Source: an uncultured Rikenellaceae bacterium
GTDB lineage: Bacteria > Bacteroidota > Bacteroidia > Bacteroidales > VadinHA17
DNA length: 64,000 nucleotides
Direction of reading: 5' to 3'
Assembly (NCBI GenBank): GCA_964611835.1
Contig: CAZTDW010000001.1
Location: 14,033-78,032, forward strand
Positions within the stretch are counted from its first letter, which is position 1, and every line of letters starts with the position of its first letter. The notes below the pieces were generated by a model. The model made no database searches. It worked only from the letters and a program-made list of their open reading frames with translations, and had not been told where the DNA came from. Shown piece after piece: positions 37,831 through 47,640 of the stretch. The translations under genes were made by a program, and so were the position numbers.

Positions 37831-39954
37831 TCACATAATAGCCTGATAAGCAAGATTTAAGAAAGGATTTTCTTCTTTTCTATTGTTTTTATCCCCGTAA
37901 ATCCTGAATTTTTTGCTTTCATAGAAAGTCCGTATTCCGTTTTTCCTTGTTATCAGAACCAGTTCTACCAATCCGCTTTCAGTGAACGGGACATTGAATT
38001 CACACTGAACTTCCCTATGCTGTCCAAGCTGTAGATCAGTATCCATTATTTTGTTGATCAGCAATTTACCCTGATCCTCCAGTCTTACTTCAATCTGGAT
38101 GGAATTCCCTGAAAAGCAATCGTTGTATAATACCAGTGTCCTTTTAACAATTTCTCCCGTTTTGATTTCAGGATATTTATTGTTTCTAAGCGCTTCAATG
38201 CCAAGATCATCATAATCCTTATCAAACAGTGCTACCGGTGCAAAGCTGTTTTTAAGGTTTTCATGCACCGGAGCAACTGTATCGACCGACCAGGACCAGT
38301 CAAGAGTGTAAGGCATAATCTGGGAAACATTGATATACCTTAAACCCCTGCACCAGGTCCCATGCCACCATTCTTTGCCATCGGTTCTGCCGAACAGGAA
38401 TTCGCCGATTCCCGTTGGTTTTGTCTTTGAGACCAGAGTATCCCAGCTGTATATGCTACCTTTCACGGTTTTGCCAACTCCTTCAGGATAATGATCGCTG
38501 TAAAAATCATCGCCCACATCAAAATCGCCCTCGGCGATCACCGGTCTGGTAGGATCCACGGCTCGAATACTGTCTGCAAGTGTTTTTATCTGTTTGTCGG
38601 AAAACCATTTAAGCCAGTCTCTGCCGATCTCATTTTCGGAGCTCCACATGATCACGGACGGATGATTCCTCCTGTCCCTGATCCAGGGTTTCAGCCAGGT
38701 GAGGGCATTCCTGAAATAAACCTCATTATTTGATTTGAGAATATAATCACGGGCATACATTGGCGATTCCTCAATTACCAGCAATCCGCGCTCATCTGCA
38801 ATATCTATTATCCTGGCTGATGCAGGCTGCTGATGAAAGCGCACGCACTGAATATTCATTAATTGCAGTCTGTCAATCGTATGATTCCATGTTTCAGGTG
38901 AAATATACCTGTATCTTCCTGAGTTATACCCCTGCCCGTGAGTATTGATGCTGGTTCCCCTGAGGTTAAGACGGTGCCCGTTGAACAGGAGCTCTGTTCC
39001 TTCGATCCAGATTTCCCTGAAACCAAATCTCCTGATTTCATTATCAATGGATTCCGCTTTCTTATACCTTTCTTTTATCATTACAGATGAGAAAAGATTA
39101 TACAAAACAGGATTTTCGGGACTCCATAATTCCGGATTATTCCAGGGGGATCTCACCCTGATTGTTCTTTTTTCTCCCGGAGTGAGAATAATTCTTTCAC
39201 TGGAAATAATAAGGTCAGCTTCAGGTTCCTCCTTTGCACTTATCTCTCCCTTTATCTGTACCTCCTGTTTTTCACCTGACTGATTTACCAGATCATAATC
39301 GATGGTAATATCTTTTTTTCTCCATGATGTCTGAATAAAAGCATCTTCGATATATACCGTCCCGTAAGCCCTTAACCATGTGTCAAATATTATTCCCCAG
39401 CGGCTTTCATGTCCATACCATCCCACGGGCCATTGAGGGATACCATTTTCATCGGAAACAGGAGGATGGTTACCTCCTTTTACAACCACCTTAAGTTTGA
39501 CTGTTTCTCCGGCCTTTGCCAGATTTGTAATATCAACTTTGAAAGGGGTCCATCCGCCGACATGTTTCAGAAGGAACTTTTCGTTCAGGTAAACATCGGC
39601 AATATGATTTATCCCTTCAAATTCGATTTTGATTATTTTATCTTTCCATGTTTCAGGAATTTTCATCTCCCGTTCATAAATACCGGTACTTGTGGACGGG
39701 ACAGTTACCTCACGTGTAACTTTCTCTCCCCGGTCATTTTCAAATTCCCTTTGTACTTTTTTGGTAAATCCGGGTGCTGCATCCCAGAATTCGGGAACTG
39801 GGATAGTTGTTTTTTCTCCTGTTTCCGTTGTAAAATTCCATATCCCGTTCAGCGACAATTGTTCGCGCAGGGCAGGAGCCTGAGATAAGCCGGGCAGGAC
39901 TTTCGGCAGGATCATTATGATCACGGTAAATGCAGTGAATCTGGTCTTATTCAT
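37831..39954 (-). CDS. GH2-family glycoside hydrolase (beta-galactosidase/glucuronidase-like)
   Basis: The 707-aa ORF has a signal peptide, an N-terminal sugar-binding region and NHPSVIMWSSENEIG (the acid/base region). Confidence 0.8.
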   Translation of the reverse strand: MNKTRFTAFTVIIMILPKVLPGLSQAPALREQLSLNGIWNFTTETGEKTTIPVPEFWDAAPGFTKKVQREFENDRGEKVTREVTVPSTSTGIYEREMKIPETWKDKIIKIEFEGINHIADVYLNEKFLLKHVGGWTPFKVDITNLAKAGETVKLKVVVKGGNHPPVSDENGIPQWPVGWYGHESRWGIIFDTWLRAYGTVYIEDAFIQTSWRKKDITIDYDLVNQSGEKQEVQIKGEISAKEEPEADLIISSERIILTPGEKRTIRVRSPWNNPELWSPENPVLYNLFSSVMIKERYKKAESIDNEIRRFGFREIWIEGTELLFNGHRLNLRGTSINTHGQGYNSGRYRYISPETWNHTIDRLQLMNIQCVRFHQQPASARIIDIADERGLLVIEESPMYARDYILKSNNEVYFRNALTWLKPWIRDRRNHPSVIMWSSENEIGRDWLKWFSDKQIKTLADSIRAVDPTRPVIAEGDFDVGDDFYSDHYPEGVGKTVKGSIYSWDTLVSKTKPTGIGEFLFGRTDGKEWWHGTWCRGLRYINVSQIMPYTLDWSWSVDTVAPVHENLKNSFAPVALFDKDYDDLGIEALRNNKYPEIKTGEIVKRTLVLYNDCFSGNSIQIEVRLEDQGKLLINKIMDTDLQLGQHREVQCEFNVPFTESGLVELVLITRKNGIRTFYESKKFRIYGDKNNRKEENPFLNLAYQAIM

Positions 39955-39970
39955 TTGAAATGGTTTTTAC

Positions 39971-39978
39971 CAAATTTA
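39971..39978 (-). promoter_or_regulatory. -7 promoter element (TAAATTTG) for the GH2 gene
   Basis: Exact TAnnTTTG match on the minus strand, 16 nt upstream of the ATG at 39954. Confidence 0.45.
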
Positions 39979-40164
39979 AGATTTTATTATTTCTATTCCT
40001 GCCTGAATGGCACTATGGCAGATATTATTACAAAAACCTGAATTTACTTGACTTTTGCTTTTCTCTCCCGTAACTTTGATATAATCAGGTTCTCTAAAAA
40101 CTCTTTTTCAAACAAGGATAAAAGCGCATCAGGCTTGGAAGTTTAATCTAAATAACGTGAACCT

Positions 40165-41460
40165 ATGAAGACAATAATCAATGCATTCCTGGTGTTCCTG
40201 TTTTTAGTACTCTATGTGATATGCCCGGGATGCAAAAAGGTAAAACTGCCCTCCGTGGAAACGGTCCAGATAAGCGATATAACGGAAAATGCAGCTGTTA
40301 TTAATTACAAGATCACCGAAGATGGCGGAGGATCAATAAGTTATCATGGAGTTTGCTGGGATTTAAGTACGGATCCCACAACTAACCTCACAACTAAAAC
40401 TATTGAACAGGGTGGCCCTTACGGAAGTTCCTACGGGGAATACTGGGCTTCAATTACAGGGCTCGAATTTGGCAAAACTTACCATGTAAGAGCTTATGCG
40501 ACCAATCCGGCAGGAACCTCCTATGGCAAGGATTTAACTTTCAGCACCAGGACCATCGGTCCTCCGGCAGGAGTTAAAACAAAATCCGTTTCAGCCCTGG
40601 GATCCTGGGCAGTAATTTCAGGAGGCAGCTTCACTTCTGTGGGAGGATCATCAGAGGTTGAATGCGGGCTTTGCTGGGATTTAGTACAAGGGCCAACTAC
40701 CGGATCAAACAAGATCTTTTATAATTCCTCTGATGTATTCTCATTTACAAGCATAATGACAAACCTTGCTCCCAATACCACTTATTTTGCCAGAGCCTAT
40801 GTTTCCAATCCCGCAGGAACAGTTTATGGCAATGAGATCTCCGTAACAACAACATCAAATGTGACCGATGTAGAGAACAGGACATATCATACAGTCAATA
40901 TCGGCACGCAGGTGTGGCTTATGGAGAATCTTGCCACGACAAAATTCAATGACGGCAGTCCCATCCCTCAGATTACCAGCCAGCCAACGTGGGACAACCT
41001 GTCCACTCCTGCTTTCTGCTGGTTTAATAATGAAAAGCCACTGGCAGATGACTTCAGGGGTGCACTTTATAACTGGCATGCAGTTAATACAGGTAAACTT
41101 TGTCCGGCAGGCTTTCATGTTCCTACCATTGATGAATGGAATGCTATGACGGAATATCTTGGGGGATCTGCAGCCGCAGCCGGGGAAATGCTGAAGCCTA
41201 ATGAAATGCAATGGGGAGATGTTGAATACGGTGTTATCAGCGACAGTTGTCTTTTCTGGGGAATTTTATGCGGGACAAGGGATACCATTGTCGGATTTCA
41301 GGGACTTACCGGATGCGGAATATATGAGACTTCCCATTACTGGTCATCAACTCCCGAAGGAACTTCACAGGCATGGGCTTTTGTACTTTATATGGGAAGT
41401 ACTGATAAACATGAATTCAGCCGGAAAAACGGTTATTCAGTGAGATGCCTGAAAGATTGA
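40165..41460 (+). CDS. FISUMP-domain lipoprotein (Fibrobacter succinogenes major paralogous domain) with two N-terminal Ig/Fn3-like repeats
   Basis: The 431-aa ORF has a duplicated module (...CWDLSTDPTT...YHVRAYATNPAGTSYG and ...CWDLVQGPTT...YFARAYVSNPAGTVYG). The FISUMP core follows: TVNIGTQVWLMENL...GYSVRCLKD. Confidence 0.8.
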   Translation: MKTIINAFLVFLFLVLYVICPGCKKVKLPSVETVQISDITENAAVINYKITEDGGGSISYHGVCWDLSTDPTTNLTTKTIEQGGPYGSSYGEYWASITGLEFGKTYHVRAYATNPAGTSYGKDLTFSTRTIGPPAGVKTKSVSALGSWAVISGGSFTSVGGSSEVECGLCWDLVQGPTTGSNKIFYNSSDVFSFTSIMTNLAPNTTYFARAYVSNPAGTVYGNEISVTTTSNVTDVENRTYHTVNIGTQVWLMENLATTKFNDGSPIPQITSQPTWDNLSTPAFCWFNNEKPLADDFRGALYNWHAVNTGKLCPAGFHVPTIDEWNAMTEYLGGSAAAAGEMLKPNEMQWGDVEYGVISDSCLFWGILCGTRDTIVGFQGLTGCGIYETSHYWSSTPEGTSQAWAFVLYMGSTDKHEFSRKNGYSVRCLKD

Positions 41461-41473
41461 AACAATTTCCCTG

Positions 41474-42106
41474 ATGACGGAGCAAACACCAATCCTGAAA
41501 GCCCTTAACATCCGGAAGTCATTCGGGAGAAACAGAGTGCTTAAAGGGATCGACCTTGAACTTTTTCCCGGAAAAATATACGGGATCGTAGGTGAGAACG
41601 GAACCGGAAAGACAACATTATTGAATATCCTTGCCGGATTCTGGAAACAGGATGAGGGTACCATTAATATCAGTTGCTCCATGGGTTTTTGTCCCCAGTC
41701 ACCTTTTCTTTTTTCCAATCTTACCGTGAATGAAAACCTGAAATTGTTTGAACTTGCCTACGGCCTGAATTGCGAAACCGGGGACGAAAAAAAGTCTGAA
41801 TACAGGGAATCATTGATCAGAACTTTCAAACTTCAGGATTACGGCAGATGCCAGTGCTCAAAGCTTAGTGAAGGCACCCGCCAGAAGCTGAATCTGGTCG
41901 TTTCTCTTTTGCATGATCCTGATCTTTTATTGCTCGATGAACCCTATTCGTCGTTTGACTGGGATACTTATTTGATGTTCCGCGATTTTTCTGAAAGCCT
42001 GATCAGTCGGGGAAAGACCATTCTGATCATAGCTCACTTTATTTATGATAAAAGTAAACTAGATATGATCTGGGAATTGAAGAATGGATTGCTTACATGC
42101 AACTGA
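41474..42106 (+). CDS. ABC transporter ATP-binding protein
   Basis: The 210-aa ORF carries Walker A GENGTGKTT, the signature LSEGTRQK and Walker B LLLLDEP. Confidence 0.85.
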   Translation: MTEQTPILKALNIRKSFGRNRVLKGIDLELFPGKIYGIVGENGTGKTTLLNILAGFWKQDEGTINISCSMGFCPQSPFLFSNLTVNENLKLFELAYGLNCETGDEKKSEYRESLIRTFKLQDYGRCQCSKLSEGTRQKLNLVVSLLHDPDLLLLDEPYSSFDWDTYLMFRDFSESLISRGKTILIIAHFIYDKSKLDMIWELKNGLLTCN

Positions 42107-42873
42107 AAAAGATATCATATAACCTCAGGCTTCTTTTCCTGGAAACATTCAGAAGCAGGATAACCTTGCTGCTTCTGATACTTTTACCGGCTGTTTTTTA
42201 CATCATAGCAATTTATACTACCAGTACTGTCCCGATCCTGATAAAAATAGCCTCTGCTCCGGGGAATGGGGTCTTCCTGATTGAGCCAAGGGAAATAGGG
42301 CTGATCTATATAGGTCTGGCAGCAACCGGATTCATCGCATCATTCTTTGCCATGAACCTTATGCAAAAGAACACCATGGCCAAAAAGAGGCAGATATTGT
42401 GCGGTTACACCATATTTGAACTCTGCCTTTCCAAGTTCCTGCTGATTCTGACTGTTGTCATGTTACTTGGGATCTATACCTCATTACTGGGTATTATTCT
42501 GATGGATCCGAAGCATATCCCCGGCATCGTGCTTGGATACATTCTTTGCGGGTTTGTCTATGGTTCATTCGGGCTTCTGGCTGGCGCTGTCTTTAATCGC
42601 GAACTTGAAGGGATACTGGTCATTGTCCTTCTGGCAAATCTCGATATAGGATGGCTGCAAAATCCAATATTCTATGCTGCAGCGCCCGGCAAGATGATTA
42701 TAAAGTATCTGCCCGGCTTCAATCCGTCACAGGTGGCAATTGTCTCAGCCTTCACCGATTTTACGGCAGGCCGGCAGGTACTTCTCAGCCTTATGTACGG
42801 ATCGCTTTTTCTTGTCATATCAATGATAATCTTCGGAATAAAGATGAAAATGCTGTCAGGATCCAGATCCTGA
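42097..42873 (+). CDS. ABC-2-type transporter permease
   Basis: The 258-aa ORF has six hydrophobic helices. It overlaps the ATPase gene by 10 nt. Confidence 0.65.
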   Translation: MQLKKISYNLRLLFLETFRSRITLLLLILLPAVFYIIAIYTTSTVPILIKIASAPGNGVFLIEPREIGLIYIGLAATGFIASFFAMNLMQKNTMAKKRQILCGYTIFELCLSKFLLILTVVMLLGIYTSLLGIILMDPKHIPGIVLGYILCGFVYGSFGLLAGAVFNRELEGILVIVLLANLDIGWLQNPIFYAAAPGKMIIKYLPGFNPSQVAIVSAFTDFTAGRQVLLSLMYGSLFLVISMIIFGIKMKMLSGSRS

Positions 42874-42931
42874 AGGCGTAAACCACTTGGACAGATTGAC
42901 TAATTAATAATCATTATACCAGACATCCAGA

Positions 42932-43741
42932 TTGAAGCCGGTTTTCAACATATTCAGGCATAAAAAGTTCAGGCTTGAAAAACTCTACTGTGACTCGGTT
43001 GATGATTCAGGCAACTGCTTCATCGTTTACCTGGCAAAGCTTGATTGCCGGTTTGTCAGTTTCTGTTATTCAGGGCTTATCCATATTGACGGGAAAGGCT
43101 TTGTAACCGGAAGTTCATCTTTTAAAGGGATCGCTATCCCGGGTGGAAAAATATTGAAAATTAATGTTGAAGAACCGGAAATCGAAGGGACATGGAAAAG
43201 TACTGATTCTCCGCTTGTTCGCACACTGCTCAGGGATGAGGATAATGGCGATCTGATCTGGAACTGTCATCATCCAAAAGCGGCAACTGAGATAAGATAT
43301 GACAACATGCTTTATAAAGGCAAAGGCTATGCTGAAACGCTTGTTTTGCCCATGATGCCTTACAGGTTGCCGGTTGATGAAATAAGGTGGGGACGTTTTC
43401 TATCAGATGCAACAACTGTCATATGGATCTGCTGGAAGGGAGCCAGGCCTCTTAATATACTGTTCCTCAACGGTTGCGAGTATTCTGATGCTGAGTTTTC
43501 AGTGAATGGAATAACATTCGGTGAAAAGCTTTTCCGCCTGAGTTTTTCTGAGGTCAGAATAATCAGAAAAGGCACATTTGACGATCTGTTTCCGGGAAAA
43601 CCAATCCTTAAGTTTATCATCGGGAGAAGGATACTGAAAAGCATGGAAACCAAGTATATTGCAAAAACAACCTTCAGCAGGAATTCAATTTTTACTGCAT
43701 CGGGATGGTCAATTTATGAAGAAGTAATATGGAGAAGATAA
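42932..43741 (+). CDS. Hypothetical protein (possibly AttH/CrtC-like beta-rich fold; unverified)
   Basis: The 269-aa ORF has a TTG start and no signal peptide. I am not certain of the family. Its 3' end overlaps the next gene by 13 nt. Confidence 0.5.
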   Translation: MKPVFNIFRHKKFRLEKLYCDSVDDSGNCFIVYLAKLDCRFVSFCYSGLIHIDGKGFVTGSSSFKGIAIPGGKILKINVEEPEIEGTWKSTDSPLVRTLLRDEDNGDLIWNCHHPKAATEIRYDNMLYKGKGYAETLVLPMMPYRLPVDEIRWGRFLSDATTVIWICWKGARPLNILFLNGCEYSDAEFSVNGITFGEKLFRLSFSEVRIIRKGTFDDLFPGKPILKFIIGRRILKSMETKYIAKTTFSRNSIFTASGWSIYEEVIWRR

Positions 43742-45660
43742 AACATCTGACTGCGAAGACTTTATATGGCACGCTGTTTGTGGCGGCAGTTCCGCTTTTT
43801 CTTGTTTTATGGGCTCATTATACGGAGGAGGTTGTAAGTTTGCCGGTTCCTTTAAGCAGATCATTTGGTTACATACTGATAGTTGCAGGTTTTTCGGTAC
43901 TTGTCATTGGAATTTATTATATCATGACGGTCGGGAAGGGCCTTCCCATGAATGCCTTCCCTCCTGAAAAGTTCGTTAAGAGCGGTATTTATAGTGTTTT
44001 AAAGCATCCGATATATACCGGAGCCGTACTGATAAGCTTTGGAGTGTCAGCAGCAGCGCAGTCAGCATCCGGATTCTGGCTTGTGAGCCCTGTGTTTGTT
44101 TTGCTCGTTACAGCCTTTGTTACCGGATTTGAGAATGAACGCACATTGGCCGTTTTCGGGCCTCAGGATTATAAAACTTTCTTTTCACTACCGGATGATT
44201 CGGATGAAAAACCGTCAATATCCGACAGGATCACAACTTATGTTTTTGCTTGTCTGCCGGTTATTATCCTGTTTTGGATGATCAGGTATAAAGGAGCTTC
44301 CGCCGACTCGCTTCCCGTAAGGCTTGATTTTGAAAAAGCATGGCCGGCCAGTGAAGTTTCTGCTGTGTTATTTTTGTTCACATTTATTCCATTCCTGATA
44401 GTTCCCATCGTTGCTAAAACAAAACAATATCTGAGGAATTATACAGGTGATATGCTTTCTGGTTCGATCGCAGCCGGACTCCTGTACTTTGTATTTCCAT
44501 TATCTGTTGAACGGATTGATTTTACGCCTCAGACATTTGCAGGAGGACTGATCATGTCATTGCGGCAGCCTGGAGTTGTCGATGGGGCATTAGCCGGAAT
44601 AAGTATATTTTGTACGCTTATTCCCTTAAAATATCTTGCGCCTGTTTCAGGATATAAAAGTCTGATCTGGTATTTTACTGCAGCACTGTTTTTGTTTTCC
44701 GGGATCACCTCCGGAAACTATTCTCTGATTTCTTCCGTGGCAGGATTGTTGATTTTCATTCTGATAATATTCAGGACAGAGATCTGGAATTCCGTAAGGA
44801 TGTTATCGGAAAGAATTGCCAACAGCTGGAAGGAATGGAGATTCGGTCCCCTAAGGATTATCAACCATGGCTTTTATGGAGGTGCTTCGGGTTTTGCCGG
44901 GATGCTGATCGCAGGATCATTTCTGGGGAAGGAGGTTTTTGCAGGGTTTGTTGTGATAGTAGCCATGATAGTCGGCGCCGGACTATGGGCGCAGGTTATT
45001 GAAGGTTCCTCAAAACTTTTAAGGCCATACGGGTACTATGGAGGGCTCCTGGGCGGGATTATCGCCTGTGTGTTGGTATCACTTCTTACGCCGGTGCATT
45101 TCTTTTACATCCTCGGGGCTTTTGCCATGGCGGCGCCGTGGATACAGTGCTTCGGGAGGCTCAGATGCCTTGTCCAGGGATGCTGCCACGGCAAACCATC
45201 CGGAAGCGGGATAGGTCTGAGGTTTGATCATCCCAAATCAAGGGTAATCAGGATTTCAGGATTGAAGGGAGTCTACCTTCATCCCACGCAGCTTTATTCG
45301 GTCGGAACAAACATTGTCACGGGGCTGATCCTGATCAGGCTTTACAGTCTGGGGATGCCTTCTGCCTTTATCTGTGGCATCTATATGATACTTAACGGCA
45401 CGGGGCGTTTTGTTGAGGAGGCATTCAGGGGCGAGGCACAGACGCCATACTGGCTGGGGATGAGGATCTACCAGTGGATAGCGATTGCCGCTATTCTGAC
45501 GGGGATTGTCTTTACACTCTTTACCGGAACGGGACCGCTGGTATTCAGGGCTAATATTGAGTCATTGTATCTGGCGGTCATTTCAGGGATTATAGTCACA
45601 TTCGCCTCAGGAGCGGATTTTCCGGAATCGGACCGCCGGTTTGCGAGGCTTACGAGCTGA
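43729..45660 (+). CDS. Polytopic membrane fusion: ICMT/PEMT-like methyltransferase domain + central TM region + Lgt-like (prolipoprotein diacylglyceryl transferase family) domain
   Basis: The 643-aa ORF's N-terminal part has FVKSGIYSVLKHPIYTG...ENERTLAVFGPQDYKTF, the ICMT-type pattern. The C-terminal part has FGRLRCLVQGCCHGKPS, HPTQLYS and GTGRFVEEAFRGE, which are Lgt-type patterns. Confidence 0.65.
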   Translation: MEKIKHLTAKTLYGTLFVAAVPLFLVLWAHYTEEVVSLPVPLSRSFGYILIVAGFSVLVIGIYYIMTVGKGLPMNAFPPEKFVKSGIYSVLKHPIYTGAVLISFGVSAAAQSASGFWLVSPVFVLLVTAFVTGFENERTLAVFGPQDYKTFFSLPDDSDEKPSISDRITTYVFACLPVIILFWMIRYKGASADSLPVRLDFEKAWPASEVSAVLFLFTFIPFLIVPIVAKTKQYLRNYTGDMLSGSIAAGLLYFVFPLSVERIDFTPQTFAGGLIMSLRQPGVVDGALAGISIFCTLIPLKYLAPVSGYKSLIWYFTAALFLFSGITSGNYSLISSVAGLLIFILIIFRTEIWNSVRMLSERIANSWKEWRFGPLRIINHGFYGGASGFAGMLIAGSFLGKEVFAGFVVIVAMIVGAGLWAQVIEGSSKLLRPYGYYGGLLGGIIACVLVSLLTPVHFFYILGAFAMAAPWIQCFGRLRCLVQGCCHGKPSGSGIGLRFDHPKSRVIRISGLKGVYLHPTQLYSVGTNIVTGLILIRLYSLGMPSAFICGIYMILNGTGRFVEEAFRGEAQTPYWLGMRIYQWIAIAAILTGIVFTLFTGTGPLVFRANIESLYLAVISGIIVTFASGADFPESDRRFARLTS

Positions 45661-45692
45661 GTGATCTGTTGAATAAATATTTTAATCTTGCT

Positions 45693-45714
45693 GTCAGATC
45701 AGATCTGACTTTTT
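45693..45714 (+). terminator. Rho-independent terminator-like hairpin
   Basis: GTCAGAT-cag-ATCTGAC is followed by TTTTT, 33 nt after the stop at 45660. Confidence 0.55.
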
Positions 45715-45731
45715 ACATCAGGAAAATTCAG

Positions 45732-45842
45732 TTAAGAACTTTCACAAAGACACACAGAGAAGTCACTAAGAACCATAGAGTTTGAGAAATTGTCCTTTGT
45801 GGAACTTTGAGGTTCTCAGAGGCCCTCAGTGCAAGTTCTTAA
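45732..45842. repeat. Long imperfect palindrome with phased CACAAAG-type then CTTTGTG-type heptads
   Basis: The outer arms are perfect 10-bp complements: TTAAGAACTT (45732-41) and AAGTTCTTAA (45833-42). The inner left units are CACAAAG/CACAGAG/CACTAAG/CATAGAG. The inner right units are CTTTGTG/CTTTGAG/CTCAGAG/CTCAGTG, at about 10-nt spacing. Confidence 0.65.
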
Positions 45843-46102
45843 AAGTATTTCAGTTCTGTCCAACTCTTTAGAGATACCAAAATGTATTGTTACGTGGTTG
45901 AGCCATACAGCCAGGTAAAGATTAGATACCTGAATGACTTTAAATGTATTGGTCAATTAAAACTGATGTCTGATCAAAAAATTTGGCAGCTTCATCAAAT
46001 ATCATCTTAGCCTGATCAAAATATGTTGGAGAAGCTTCCGATCGGATGTAACTTTAATATTCAGTTAACAAAATGCACACCTGAACCAAACCAAAAACAT
46101 TT

Positions 46103-47587
46103 ATGAAAAATTTTTTGTTATTCTGGGTCAGGTTCCCTAAAATTTTTACGGGAATCCTGGTAGCGGTAATTCTTTTCGGGTGCCAGAAGGACTATTTCGA
46201 GACGAATACTGCCGGATCTGAGTCATTGTCGGCCTCTGCGGTGGCTGTGAATCCTGAAACCAATTTCATGGTTATTACAAAATCTGAAACGCTTCCATCA
46301 GATTTTGAGTCGAAGCTCGCCGCCTATGGCGAGATTGTAAATACCATTCCTGAGATAGGGGTGGTAGTTGTTAAACCCAAGGTTGCAAATTTTGCTACCA
46401 AAGTTGCAAAGCTCACACAGGTTAAGGGTGTGGTGCCTGATTATAAAGCTAAGTGGCTTGATCCGGTTAAGTTTGTTCCGGAAGCAAATCCGCCAAGTAT
46501 TGGAGATGATGAGGACTGGTTCGGAATACAATGGGGTATGGATGCCATTGATGCACCTGAAGCATGGAATGCGGGATACACAGGAGAAGGAGCAACGGTA
46601 TTCATACTTGACAGTGGTATTGATGCTGACAATCCTGATCTTGCTCCAAATCTTAATACTTCATTATGTACATCTTTTGTTCCTAACGAAGAATATAATG
46701 TCGCTGATTATCATTATGATGAGGATTTAGATGAAGATGTTTGCGCATATTTTAACCATGGCACCCATGTTGCAGGAATAATAGCTGCTGCAGATAATAC
46801 TTGGGGAGTAATTGGTGTAGCTCCTCATGCTGAAATTGTTGCTGTAAAGGTCCTTTCTGAGTTTGATGGTTCTGGTGAGTTCAGCTGGGTAAATTCAGGT
46901 ATTGTTTATGCGGCCAATAATGGTGCTGATGTGATAAATATGAGTCTGGGTGCTACCTTGAACAGAAATGGTTGGTTTTTAAATGATGATGACGAATGGG
47001 AAAAAGTACCGGCTGTAGTTTTACAATATATAATTCTTGCACAGCAAAGGGCAGTGAATTATGCAATAAGAAAAGGCTCTGTCATTATTGCTTCTGCAGG
47101 AAATGATGAAATGAACGCAGATGGAAATGCAGCATGGTTCAAATTACCGGCTGACTGTGAAAATGTTTTGGCAGTTTCAGCAACTGCTCCGGATTATTGG
47201 TACAATTCTGTAATAAATGGACTAGTACCAAATTTAGATATCCCAGCTAGTTATACCAACTATGGTAGATCTCTGGTTGACCTTGCAGCACCCGGAGGTG
47301 ATTATGACTTTTACAACTCAGCAGGATGGTTTTATGATATGATATTAAGCTCAAGTGCTGGAACAAGCACATGTGAGTATCCTTTTTACTTTGCTGCCGG
47401 TACCAGCATGGCTGCTCCCCATGCATCAGGTGTTGCCGCTCTCATCATTGGTAAAAATGGTGGAGATATGAATCCGGTGCAGGTGACTCAACAGCTGCTT
47501 CAGACTGCTGATAATATAGATGGTACAGGGGTTACCTCTTATTTCGGACATGGCAGGGTCAATGCCTACAGGGCTGTAACGGAATAA
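46103..47587 (+). CDS. S8 (subtilisin-family) serine peptidase, secreted
   Basis: The 494-aa ORF has the catalytic motifs FILDSGID (Asp), HGTHVAGIIAA (His) and GTSMAAPHASG (Ser), plus an N-terminal signal/anchor. Confidence 0.9.
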   Translation: MKNFLLFWVRFPKIFTGILVAVILFGCQKDYFETNTAGSESLSASAVAVNPETNFMVITKSETLPSDFESKLAAYGEIVNTIPEIGVVVVKPKVANFATKVAKLTQVKGVVPDYKAKWLDPVKFVPEANPPSIGDDEDWFGIQWGMDAIDAPEAWNAGYTGEGATVFILDSGIDADNPDLAPNLNTSLCTSFVPNEEYNVADYHYDEDLDEDVCAYFNHGTHVAGIIAAADNTWGVIGVAPHAEIVAVKVLSEFDGSGEFSWVNSGIVYAANNGADVINMSLGATLNRNGWFLNDDDEWEKVPAVVLQYIILAQQRAVNYAIRKGSVIIASAGNDEMNADGNAAWFKLPADCENVLAVSATAPDYWYNSVINGLVPNLDIPASYTNYGRSLVDLAAPGGDYDFYNSAGWFYDMILSSSAGTSTCEYPFYFAAGTSMAAPHASGVAALIIGKNGGDMNPVQVTQQLLQTADNIDGTGVTSYFGHGRVNAYRAVTE

Positions 47588-47640
47588 AACATATTTTATG
47601 TAATCCTAAAGCTTTTAGGATTGGCTATACCAATAAAAAT

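Noticed and set aside
45881-46015. A 44-codon ORF (MYCYVVEPYSQVKIRYLNDFKCIGQL...) in the leader region of the S8 protease gene
   Set aside because: It has no supporting promoter motif, no family resemblance and an AT-rich random-looking composition. I keep it only as a note.
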